The notes under the pieces are model-generated. The model saw nothing but the letters and a program-made list of their open reading frames with translations, was not told the DNA's origin and did not search any database. From the NCBI GenBank assembly GCA_016209525.1, contig JACQWK010000074.1, positions 2,205 to 66,204 of the forward strand: a stretch of 64,000 nt of DNA, read 5' to 3'. A program made the position numbers and the translations under genes. The stretch is from Verrucomicrobiota bacterium. Lineage in GTDB: Bacteria; Verrucomicrobiota; Verrucomicrobiia; Limisphaerales; SIBE01. Below, one piece after another: positions 55,737 through 64,000 of this stretch (position 1 is the stretch's first letter; every line of letters begins with the position of its first letter).

Positions 55737-56309
55737 TCAGTGGCTCATCGTCTTCAGCAAATAGGGATGCTGGACTGGCACCCGTCGGAAGGCATCGCCC
55801 GGACAGACTTTCGCGATGGAGCACTCGTTGCAGTTGACGCAGCGGTCGTGTCGAATCTGGAGGAAGAGCGAACCATTGCCGAACCGGTTGCATCCCTCCA
55901 CACATTTGGCGCAGCCGATGCACAATTTCTCGTCAATCACATATTCGTAGTAAGGATCTTCGACAAAGGTCCGTTTGATGGCGGCGGTCGGGCACAATTG
56001 ATTCTCCGCGGCGGTGTTCAGGTCGCTCGGCTCGGGCACGAAATAACCGGTGCACAATTGGCAATAACCGCAGATGGCATGAGCGTGTACGCACTTCACC
56101 GCCGACTGCTCCAGCACGCAGTCCGTCGCGCACCGATCACAGCGCAGGCATTTGCTGGGATCGATCTGCCAGACGGTCGTGGCGGCGGTGCTGCGCGCGG
56201 CCAGCACTCCCACGAGCCCGCCCAGGCCGGTCATGGCGGCGACCCGCGTTCCATCACGCAGGAATTGGCGGCGGGTGACTGGAGGCGGATGGGGTGGGGT
56301 GGGGTCCAT
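55737..56309 (-). CDS. Tat-exported multi-Fe-S ferredoxin
   Basis: TRRQFL signal; four Cys clusters. Confidence 0.9.
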   Translation of the reverse strand: MDPTPPHPPPVTRRQFLRDGTRVAAMTGLGGLVGVLAARSTAATTVWQIDPSKCLRCDRCATDCVLEQSAVKCVHAHAICGYCQLCTGYFVPEPSDLNTAAENQLCPTAAIKRTFVEDPYYEYVIDEKLCIGCAKCVEGCNRFGNGSLFLQIRHDRCVNCNECSIAKVCPGDAFRRVPVQHPYLLKTMSH

Positions 56310-56910
56310 GCCAAAGCGACGCGGATTAGCAGCCGTTGGGGGATTGGGTGAGCGGCAACTGGTGGAATCCGGGCACCCAGTCGTCCAGCTCCGGAATGTT
56401 GTCGCGGTTCAGCCACGGAGTAGCGACAGAACACAGTCCACAGCGTGAGCTGTGGGATCGGAGCAATCCAATCCCCAAATCCCCAGGCGGGGCGCCGGAC
56501 CTGAGAATTGATTCATATTCGGGGACCAGCTCGGAACCTCCGTCACATGTCCGCTCAAAAGTTGCGCGATAAACAGACTTCTCCCTCTCCTCCTCATGAG
56601 GAGGAGAGGGCCGGGGAGAGGAGGTCCGTTGCCGTGGCAGAGGAAGCCCCTCTCCCCAGCCCTCTCCCCGCTGCGCAGGGAGAGGGAGAATTGGCTCCGT
56701 CGTTGTGAGCGACCTCGCTGGAGTCATGCGCGTCCATCCAGAATTCTGGCTGACGACAGGGCTCCGTCGCCCCTCCGGGGCTGGATCACACAACGGGCAC
56801 ATTTCCCATGGCTTGCGCCATGGGCTACGGTCTGGCCGCCCCTCCGGGGCTTCAGCTCTTTCACCAAAGATTTTGCGGTCACTGCGCATCTGCAATGGAT
56901 CGGTTTCGGG

Positions 56911-57987
56911 TCAGGCTGTCTTATCCGGCGGAATTGTCTTCTTGACCATGATGCCCACCTCGCCCGCAACAGGATCCAGAATGTAAATTCGCCCGTTCGC
57001 ATCCACCGTGGCGTCCAGTCCTCCGAACGCGCCGTCCGCGTCGTCCTTGGCAGACGATTTGGCGTACTCAGGAAACGATTCGGGGCCTCTCACGACGGAC
57101 TCAAAGGTCCCGTCGGGAGCGTACACTTTCACCCGCGGCAATCCTTTCTCGCAAGTTATGGAGCGTCCATCGGGGAGCAACGCCAGATGAATCGGGTTGC
57201 AGCAGCCGCAAAACCCTTCGATGGCGGAGGAAGCTCTGCCCCAAGCGAACTCGAAGTCGCCTTCCGGAGTGTAAGCCTCCACGCGGTGCCGTCCGGGATT
57301 GGTAATGCGCAACAAGCCGTCGCGGGCCAGTTCGAGGTCGAAAAACGGGCTGGGCACGATGAAGCCGGGAATATCTCGCTCCGCATTGCGCTCTCCGATC
57401 CGGCCGAGCAGTTTTCCTGCGCGGTCATAGCGAAGGACAACCCGATGGCCGGCATCTGCCGCGAACACTTCGTTGTCGCTCACCGTCAGGCCGGACAACC
57501 AGGTTCGCGCCCCGGGCGATTCCCAGGCCGCGCGGCGCTGACCCTTCCGATCGAAAATCTCAATGTGATCGCGCAAGCTGACGTAAACAAGCCCGTCACC
57601 ACTGGCCGCCAACGCTCTCGGCGGCGCGGAGAGAGCGATCTCGAACAGGATCCCGCCGTTTGGGTCCAGGGCACTCACATAATTCGATGCGGCCAGGAAG
57701 AGAAGACTTTCCAGACCACAGGCGATTCTTCTGGGTTCCTCATGCGGGCATTGAAAGCCGCCGACTTGTTCGTAATGGATCAAGTTGGGGTCGGTTTTCG
57801 GCAGGTGAGACAAATCGTAGGCAAAAGGATTGGAGGCTGTGGAGCGAGCGCCCGATTTGGCGCGCTGGTACACATGGCTGGAGAGAGCGGCACCGACGCC
57901 TATGGCGCCGAGTGCCGCAGCCCCGCGGGCACCGGCGCTCAAGAAGCGGCGGCGGCTGAGGGATCTGGTTCTTTGAAGTTCGCTCAT
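56911..57987 (-). CDS. Tat-exported NHL-repeat protein
   Basis: SRRRFL; NHL repeats; GFCGCCNP. Confidence 0.85.
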   Translation of the reverse strand: MSELQRTRSLSRRRFLSAGARGAAALGAIGVGAALSSHVYQRAKSGARSTASNPFAYDLSHLPKTDPNLIHYEQVGGFQCPHEEPRRIACGLESLLFLAASNYVSALDPNGGILFEIALSAPPRALAASGDGLVYVSLRDHIEIFDRKGQRRAAWESPGARTWLSGLTVSDNEVFAADAGHRVVLRYDRAGKLLGRIGERNAERDIPGFIVPSPFFDLELARDGLLRITNPGRHRVEAYTPEGDFEFAWGRASSAIEGFCGCCNPIHLALLPDGRSITCEKGLPRVKVYAPDGTFESVVRGPESFPEYAKSSAKDDADGAFGGLDATVDANGRIYILDPVAGEVGIMVKKTIPPDKTA

Positions 57988-58005
57988 ACTGCTAGCCCGA
58001 ATACT

Positions 58006-58416
58006 TCATACGGTGCTGCCCGAGGCGCATTTCGAAGGCAGGGACGGCGCGCTCGCGCCGTTCCCGCCGCGTGCAGCGGCGGAATAGAAACGGGTGTCGT
58101 TGAAAGTGTGATCGCGCTCGTCGAGAGGAATTCCGCGCCTGCACGGCGCGGAGACGCCGCGGCACGGCCTCCCTACCTCATTTGGCATCTGCCTCTTGGA
58201 GATAAGGGCCGGTTTCCTCGCCGACAGCGCGCGAGGCAAGTTGCACTCAGGGAAAATTCTGCAATCAGAGCAAACGGATGCCCGAAGCCGATCAGGATGG
58301 CAGGATCGGCGAAGATGCGGTTTCGCCGCCAGCGCGGCAACGGCTGCAAGGACAATCCCGGAGAGCGCTCGCATGGCGTCGCGGAAGAATTCGCGCCGAT
58401 TAGCAGGTTGGTCCAT
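58006..58416 (-). CDS. Small Tat-signal Cys protein (tail derived from REP DNA)
   Basis: NRREFFRD; C...CSDC...C.LP. Confidence 0.6.
   Translation of the reverse strand: MDQPANRREFFRDAMRALSGIVLAAVAALAAKPHLRRSCHPDRLRASVCSDCRIFPECNLPRALSARKPALISKRQMPNEVGRPCRGVSAPCRRGIPLDERDHTFNDTRFYSAAARGGNGASAPSLPSKCASGSTV
58037..58179. repeat. REPIN family shared with 61208-61351 and partially 38642-38690
   Basis: AGGGACGGCGCG...CCGCCGCGTGCAGCGGCGGAA...TTCCGCGCCTGCACGGCGCGG...CCCTACCT. Confidence 0.85.
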
Positions 58417-58619
58417 GTCCGAGCGTTTCATCGATGCTTTACTGGCAAACACTCTGGTTATCCAAACCCGATCCGCAGGAGTTTTCGGAGGATTCCGCTG
58501 AACTCCAGGGATCAAGCCAACTGGGGCGACCTTCCACTTCATCAACCGGTTTGGCTACGCGCGGATTGGCCATTGATAAACTTTTTTTGCTTCCACCTGA
58601 GCAGGCATCGTTCTGGGCC

Positions 58620-60032
58620 CTACCTCGCTGCGACGTCCAGGCATACCATCCGCGTGAAATCACGCGCGATGAGGCGTCCACCGGCCAGGGCGAGCGGCCC
58701 CCAGGATTCTCTGCCGTGGAGAATCTGCGCCTCGGCAAGTTTGGTGAATTTGAGAGGACTCGCCTCGGCCAAGGTCAGTTTCCCGGAATCGTTCATCGCG
58801 AAGAGCAGGCCGTTGCTGATCAAGAATGGGCCGAGCCCAAATGTGAGGTTCGGACCGCTGCTCCAGAGGACTTTTCCATCGAGAGCCAGGCACACCAATT
58901 GTCCATCAGGCCTGATCCCATAAATGTGGCCCGCGTAGTAGGCCGGTGTGTGCTGTGTTGCTCCAAAAACTCGGGGCTCCAGCTTGAACAACGTGCGGGG
59001 CACGATCCGCTCGGCTTCCTTCTGCAACTGCAGCATCAGACTGCCGGCGTCGTAGCCGCCCGAGAGAAAAATGCGGCCCTCGTCCAGAATGACCGGCGAA
59101 GGGATCGTCGCGATGCTGATTTTCCAGTCCGATGTCTCCCAAAAGAGCGTTCCGTCTTTTGCGGATATTCCGGCGACGCCCTGGTTCGCGCAATACACGT
59201 AGGTGCGCTGGCCTTCGAACTCCATCGGCACGACCGAGGAATGAGTCATCTTCCACTTCTTTGGATTCGGCGCCTTCCACACAACTCGGCCGCTTTCGAT
59301 CTCGACCGCGAGGATCAGAGCCTCCTCGCCTCCGACCGCTAGGATGGCCCGTCCGTTGTCGATCAGCGGACATTGGCCGGCGTACCACGGAGGAACGGTC
59401 GCGCCGTGGTCCCGCACCAAATCCAGCGTCCATCGCAGTTCCCCGCTCGCCGCGTCCAGACAGACGACGTGGCATTTGGGTCCCATGGCCACGACGAATT
59501 TTTCGGTGATGGCGGGCACCGTCCGCGACATGCCGTGGTTGCGCTTTACGGGCAAGGGATAGGCATAGCGCCAGATCTCCTTGCCATCAGCGAGCGACAG
59601 GCAACGCAGCGCGTCCTGCCGCTTTTCCAGATCGTAGTCCATGACATAAACCCGTCCGCGCTCCACCGCCGCGCCGGCGTATCCTTCGCCAACGTCCTTC
59701 GACCAAAGAGGCTTCGGTCCGGAAGGTTCCCAAGCCTTGGCTAAGGGCGTCGGGTCGTCGCTAATCCCGTCAAGGTTCGGACCGCGGAAGCGCGGCCACG
59801 AACCGGACAAATCGGCGGGCCGCCCGTCGGCAAGGATCAGCTTTCCCGACAGGACGGGATTGGCTTTCGCGCCACCCTCCGCGGTTCCTGGCGCTTGATC
59901 TGTCCCCGGCACGCGCAGTTGCAGCACGACCCGTGGAGCGCGCCACAACCACACGACCACGACGGTAACGGCGAGAAGGGCCACGGCTCCCGGCACCCAG
60001 GGAATCACAGGACTCGCGAGAGTTCGCTTCAT
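58620..60032 (-). CDS. PQQ-like (BamB-type) beta-propeller protein
   Basis: N-terminal TM; WPRFRGP, GEGY, repeated G...W blades. Confidence 0.9.
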   Translation of the reverse strand: MKRTLASPVIPWVPGAVALLAVTVVVVWLWRAPRVVLQLRVPGTDQAPGTAEGGAKANPVLSGKLILADGRPADLSGSWPRFRGPNLDGISDDPTPLAKAWEPSGPKPLWSKDVGEGYAGAAVERGRVYVMDYDLEKRQDALRCLSLADGKEIWRYAYPLPVKRNHGMSRTVPAITEKFVVAMGPKCHVVCLDAASGELRWTLDLVRDHGATVPPWYAGQCPLIDNGRAILAVGGEEALILAVEIESGRVVWKAPNPKKWKMTHSSVVPMEFEGQRTYVYCANQGVAGISAKDGTLFWETSDWKISIATIPSPVILDEGRIFLSGGYDAGSLMLQLQKEAERIVPRTLFKLEPRVFGATQHTPAYYAGHIYGIRPDGQLVCLALDGKVLWSSGPNLTFGLGPFLISNGLLFAMNDSGKLTLAEASPLKFTKLAEAQILHGRESWGPLALAGGRLIARDFTRMVCLDVAAR

Positions 60033-60127
60033 GAGTCTAATCTCACGCTCTCAACTAAGCTTGGGGTTTGCCTGGGAACATTGATACGGATCAACACTCT
60101 TGGGGATTTTCGCCGTCCATCGTCGAG

Positions 60128-60254
60128 TTACAGAGGAGACCGTGGGATGGACTACACGCGGAAGGTTTGTAGTCCCGCCTTTAGGCGGCCCGATCCGGCT
60201 AAAGCCGGGACTACATACGCCGACCTGTCGTTGATCCAACAGTCTCGTCAATAA
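60128..60254. mobile_element. 127-bp MITE/REPIN-like element, copy 2
   Basis: Collinear with 1421-1547 including TIRs and the central GTAGTCCCGCCTTTAGGC...GGCTAAAGCCGGGACTAC. Confidence 0.85.
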
Positions 60255-60335
60255 GCCTTCGCCTGGACCTCTGGCAGAGCCCAGAAACGCAGAATTGGTG
60301 GCTAAATTGGGACAAGCCTTGTAGGCTCCCAAGCA

Positions 60336-61136
60336 ATGCGAATTGCTTCATTGATTTTACGGCGTCGGCACGGTTTCACACTCATCGAACTTCTGGTGGT
60401 GATTGCGATCATCGCCATATTGGCGGGGATGCTCTTGCCGGCCTTGAGCAAGTCGAAAGCGAAGGCCCAAGGCATCCTGTGCCTGAGTCATGCCAAACAG
60501 TTGACGCTGGCGTGGTTTCTCTACACCGACGACCACGACGATTCTTTCGTGAACAACCATGGCCGGGATGAGACCCGGGCTTCTCGGCAAGGCTGGGCCA
60601 ACAACGTCCAGGATTGGAGCGCCAGCGAAGACAACACGAATTTGATCTATCTCACCGAAGCGAAACTCTCCCCTTACCTGAGCCGTTCCGCGGCAGTGTT
60701 CAAATGTCCTTCTGACAAATCCGTGGCGGAGTGCGGGCCCCGCATTCGCAGCATGTCGATGAACGCGATGGTCGGGAACACGGGGACCTTGACCAACCGA
60801 TTCAATCCGGAGTATCGGCAGTTCCGCAAACCTTCGGAGCTGCTGGAACCCGCCATGACTTTTCTGTTCGTGGACGAGCATCCAGACACGATCAATGACG
60901 GCTTTTTCGTCAACACCTTGGACGATTTCAAATGGGGAAACTTGCCCGCCTCCTACCATAATGGCGCCTCCAGCTTCTCCTTCACCGACGGGCATGCCGA
61001 ACCCCATCGCTGGTCCGTCGGAGGCCCGACAGGCACGATTCGACCCCCGGTCAAAGGTGGAGTGGGCGGCATCTTCGACGCCGTGCCGCGGACGGATTTT
61101 CTGTGGCTGAAGGAGCGGACGAGCGTCCGGCGATAA
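60336..61136 (+). CDS. Prepilin-type N-methylation domain protein (H-X9-DG family)
   Basis: [53 protein letters not shown]. Confidence 0.92.
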   Translation: MRIASLILRRRHGFTLIELLVVIAIIAILAGMLLPALSKSKAKAQGILCLSHAKQLTLAWFLYTDDHDDSFVNNHGRDETRASRQGWANNVQDWSASEDNTNLIYLTEAKLSPYLSRSAAVFKCPSDKSVAECGPRIRSMSMNAMVGNTGTLTNRFNPEYRQFRKPSELLEPAMTFLFVDEHPDTINDGFFVNTLDDFKWGNLPASYHNGASSFSFTDGHAEPHRWSVGGPTGTIRPPVKGGVGGIFDAVPRTDFLWLKERTSVRR

Positions 61137-61207
61137 AACGTGGGTGGGAGCAGGGCGATTCCTAGCCCAAATACTTCACACATCCGTTTGCTGGATGCCT
61201 GTGTCAA

Positions 61208-61351
61208 CGGTAGGGACGGCGCGCCCGCGCTGTCTCCGCCGCGTGCAGCGGCGGAACAGAGTGAGTTTCCGAGAAGGAATCACCGCTCCCGTTGACGAGG
61301 ATTCCGCGCCTGCACGGCGCGGGGACGCCGCAGCGCGGCGTCCCTACCTCA
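61208..61351. repeat. REPIN copy
   Basis: GGTAGGGACGGCGCG...GCGGCGTCCCTACC; matches 58037-58179. Confidence 0.85.
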
Positions 61352-61491
61352 CTTCGCGTGTAATTGATGCAGGCTTATGAAGGCTGCGCTCCGGAGGCAG
61401 GGTTCACGGAATGCACCAATAAACGGTTCCTTTTTGGCAAAGGAAGTGAAGCGCAGCCAGCAGCTCTTGCTCACATTCTCTGCAAAATAGA

Positions 61492-62457
61492 GTGCAATCT
61501 ATGAGCAAAGATTTCAGACGCGGACTACATCGCAAGCGATTGTTTTATCATTTTCGCGTGGTCGGCTGGACAGTTATGAGCGCCATTTGGGCGCTGGGCG
61601 CGGAGGAGAAGAGCAATAATACCCCGCCGAACTTCACCAATTACGTTCAGCACATCCCCGGCACGGAGGCCTCGTTCGAGTTAGTCGCCATCCCGGGGGG
61701 CACGATCACGGTGGGCAGCCCGGAGAACGAAGCAGATCGGGAACCCTCCGACCTTCCGCAAAAGACGGTCACCATCCAGCCGTTCTGGATGGGTCGTTAC
61801 GAGATTCGATGGGACGCCTTCATGCCGTTCGTTTTTGCCGAATGGGACAAAACAGAAGTGAAGGAGGGGGAGGCGGACGGCTTCACTCGGCCGACCAAAC
61901 CCTACGGCTCGCTCTTCCGTGAGCACGGCCAGGACGGACATCCGGCGCTTGGAATGTCTCATTTCGCGGCGACGCAGTTCTGCAAATGGCTGAGCGTGCG
62001 AACGGGTCTCGAATTCCACCTGCCGACCGAGGCGGAGTGGGAATATGCGTGCCGCGCCGGAGCAACGACAGCCTACTTTTGGGGCAATGATGCCGCGCAA
62101 GCGGATTCCTATGGATGGTTCGTGGACAATTCGGATTTGACCACTCATCCCTTGGGCAAAAAGGCTCCGAACAAATTCGGGCTTTACGACATGGTGGGCA
62201 ACCTCGCCGAGTGGTGCGCTCCGGAAACCGATGACGGCCCGCGCGCAGCCCGCGGCGGAGCGTTTACTGAACCAGTCACGAGGTTGCGCTGTGCGGCCCG
62301 AATGATCGATGTCCCGGAATGGAACGCGTTGGATCCACAAATCCCCAAGAGCATCTGGTGGCTTTCGTCCGCGGATTATGTTGGCATCCGAGTCGTGCGG
62401 TCGCTGCCGGATCAGACCAAGACGACGGCGAGCTCAACCGCAGGGGGGCAGCCCTGA
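61492..62457 (+). CDS. Formylglycine-generating-enzyme (SUMF1/EgtB) family protein
   Basis: LPTEAEWEYACRAG, PNKFGLYDMVGNLAEW, RGG, GIRVVR. Confidence 0.92.
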   Translation: MQSMSKDFRRGLHRKRLFYHFRVVGWTVMSAIWALGAEEKSNNTPPNFTNYVQHIPGTEASFELVAIPGGTITVGSPENEADREPSDLPQKTVTIQPFWMGRYEIRWDAFMPFVFAEWDKTEVKEGEADGFTRPTKPYGSLFREHGQDGHPALGMSHFAATQFCKWLSVRTGLEFHLPTEAEWEYACRAGATTAYFWGNDAAQADSYGWFVDNSDLTTHPLGKKAPNKFGLYDMVGNLAEWCAPETDDGPRAARGGAFTEPVTRLRCAARMIDVPEWNALDPQIPKSIWWLSSADYVGIRVVRSLPDQTKTTASSTAGGQP

Positions 62458-62609
62458 TGCGCAGATTTCGAAGTTGAAACCGAACGTGCAACGTGCAACG
62501 TCCAACGCTCAACGTTCATCCTTAGTGAGATGTTTGGAGTTGAGCGTCGAGCGTTGAACGTTTCTGGCGGTTATCGTGGCAGAGAAGAGTCTTCGCGATC
62601 GCAAATTGT

Positions 62610-63935
62610 ATGAAAAAATCCCTCATAGATTCCTCGACTTTCCCCGACGGCGTTTCTCGCCGTCGATTCCTCCACCATTCATCCCTGGCCGCGACCAGCG
62701 TGGCGGTGGCGGCTCAATTCCCATTTGTCACGACCAGTCGCGCCGCGCCGGACGATCCGATCCGCATCGGTTTGATCGGATGCGGAGGGCGCGGCAACGG
62801 GGCCGCCTTCGACGCGCTGGCGGCGGGGACAAACGTGCGGGTCGTGGCGTTGGGCGACATTTTCAAAAACCGGATGGAGTTGGCCCAATTCGCGTTCCAG
62901 ACCAAACAGCAGAATATCCCGGAAGAACATTGTTTCCTTGGCTTCGATGCTTACCAGAAAGTGCTGGCAGTTCCCGAAGTCAACTGCGTCATTCTAGCCA
63001 CCCCCCCTGGATTTCGCCCAATCCATCTGCGCGCGGCCGTCGAGGCAGGCAAGCATGTGTTCATGGAGGCGCCGGTCGCCGTTGATCCCGTGGGCGTGCG
63101 TTCGATCCTCGAATCCGGAGAAATCGCGGCCAAAAAGAAGCTAAGCCTCGTCGCCGGAACCCAGCGGCGGCATCAGAACAACTACAAAGAAACGGTCAAA
63201 CGGCTCCAGGACGGCGCGATTGGCGAAATCCTGGTCGCGAGGGTTTATGGAAATTCTCAAGGGGACGGCCAACTGGCGCGGGACCCTGCCTTGAGCGACA
63301 TGGAGTGGCACTTGCGCGCCTGGCATACGCACACTTGGCTGTCGGGCGACTTAATCGTCGAACAGCACGTTCACAATTTGGATGTGGTCAACTGGATATT
63401 GAATGGGCATCCGATACGCGCATCAGGGATGGGTGGAAGGCAAGTTCGGACGCTTGGCTATGCCTACGATCATTTCGCCGTTGAATTCGAGTACGCGAAC
63501 GGGACCCGGATGTTCAGCCAATGCCGTCAGATCAATGGTTGCCAGGATAACATGAGCGAGGCGGTCACCGGCCTCAAAGGAACCAGCGATTGCTTCCAAA
63601 GCATTCAGGTGAAAGGCGAGAAAACTTGGCGCTTCCCAAAAGTCACGACGAACTTCAAGGCGGGTCGTGGCGACGGCGGCACCAACCTGGGATACCCGCA
63701 GGAGCATATCGATTGGATTCAGAGCATTCGGTCTGGCCAACCGATGAACGACGCGAAACAAGCAGCCGAAAGCACCCTGACCGCCATCCTGGGCCGATTG
63801 TCGGCATATACCGGCAAGGTTTTGGACTGGGACGCGGTTCTCAACGCTAAACTGAATCTGTCGCCGCCCAAGTTCGAGATCGGTCCAATCCCCACTCCCC
63901 CAGTGCCGGTGCCCGGGCAGTACAAAATCGGCTAG
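62610..63935 (+). CDS. Tat-exported Gfo/Idh/MocA oxidoreductase
   Basis: SRRRFL, IGLIGCGGRG, GKHVFMEAP, EQHVHNLD. Confidence 0.93.
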   Translation: MKKSLIDSSTFPDGVSRRRFLHHSSLAATSVAVAAQFPFVTTSRAAPDDPIRIGLIGCGGRGNGAAFDALAAGTNVRVVALGDIFKNRMELAQFAFQTKQQNIPEEHCFLGFDAYQKVLAVPEVNCVILATPPGFRPIHLRAAVEAGKHVFMEAPVAVDPVGVRSILESGEIAAKKKLSLVAGTQRRHQNNYKETVKRLQDGAIGEILVARVYGNSQGDGQLARDPALSDMEWHLRAWHTHTWLSGDLIVEQHVHNLDVVNWILNGHPIRASGMGGRQVRTLGYAYDHFAVEFEYANGTRMFSQCRQINGCQDNMSEAVTGLKGTSDCFQSIQVKGEKTWRFPKVTTNFKAGRGDGGTNLGYPQEHIDWIQSIRSGQPMNDAKQAAESTLTAILGRLSAYTGKVLDWDAVLNAKLNLSPPKFEIGPIPTPPVPVPGQYKIG

Positions 63936-64000
63936 AGCCTGAGCTATGGCACGTGCCGCCCCGCGCGAGATTCAGGAGCGCGGCTGTGTGCGGAGCACCA

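Noticed and set aside
56596..58923. 775-aa + strand ORF (and other long antisense ORFs such as 1547-2569, 6000-7034)
   Set aside because: Antisense to well-supported genes, no recognisable motifs; typical high-GC shadow ORFs.
1..64000. CRISPR array, cas1/cas2/cas6
   Set aside because: No regularly spaced ~30-40 bp repeats with unique spacers and no matching ORFs were found by eye; repeats seen are REP-type or heptamer tracts.

Overview
GC-rich bacterial DNA, probably Verrucomicrobiota/PVC (two prepilin-type '[23 protein letters not shown]' proteins with C-terminal H...DGH motif, many REP-like palindromes). The left 33 kb is an almost entirely minus-strand defence island. It holds two complete, divergent type III-B Cmr operons in tandem (cas10-cmr3-cmr4-cmr5-cmr6-cmr1, twice). 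Between and around them are decayed CARF effectors, several nucleotidyltransferase/partner pairs, a VapBC pair, a RAYT transposase, an intact Card1/Can2-like nuclease and an NE0113-type CARF protein. These are followed by an uncharacterised operon (secreted coiled-coil proteins, lipoprotein, ExbB/MotA-, ExbD- and TonB-like proteins, membrane proteins) ending in an intron-less group II-type reverse transcriptase that runs off the window and is absent from the ORF track. No CRISPR array, cas1, cas2 or cas6 is visible. The strongest new signal is a motif CG-GAYRTC-N4-GAYRTY (+ strand) starting exactly 41 nt from the ATG of cas10-B, both cmr4 genes and two in-frame starts of the membrane/RT operon. 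A sixth copy lies before cas10-A. This suggests one regulon of leaderless promoters linking Cmr to the unknown operon. The right half is mostly housekeeping: RlmI-like methyltransferase, fliD paralogues, LacI, NAD kinase, TlyA, two PilT ATPases, a NuoEF/GltD-like/ferredoxin/beta-propeller redox cluster, and FGE-family and Gfo/Idh/MocA proteins. All assignments come from motif recognition by eye; no database searches were run.
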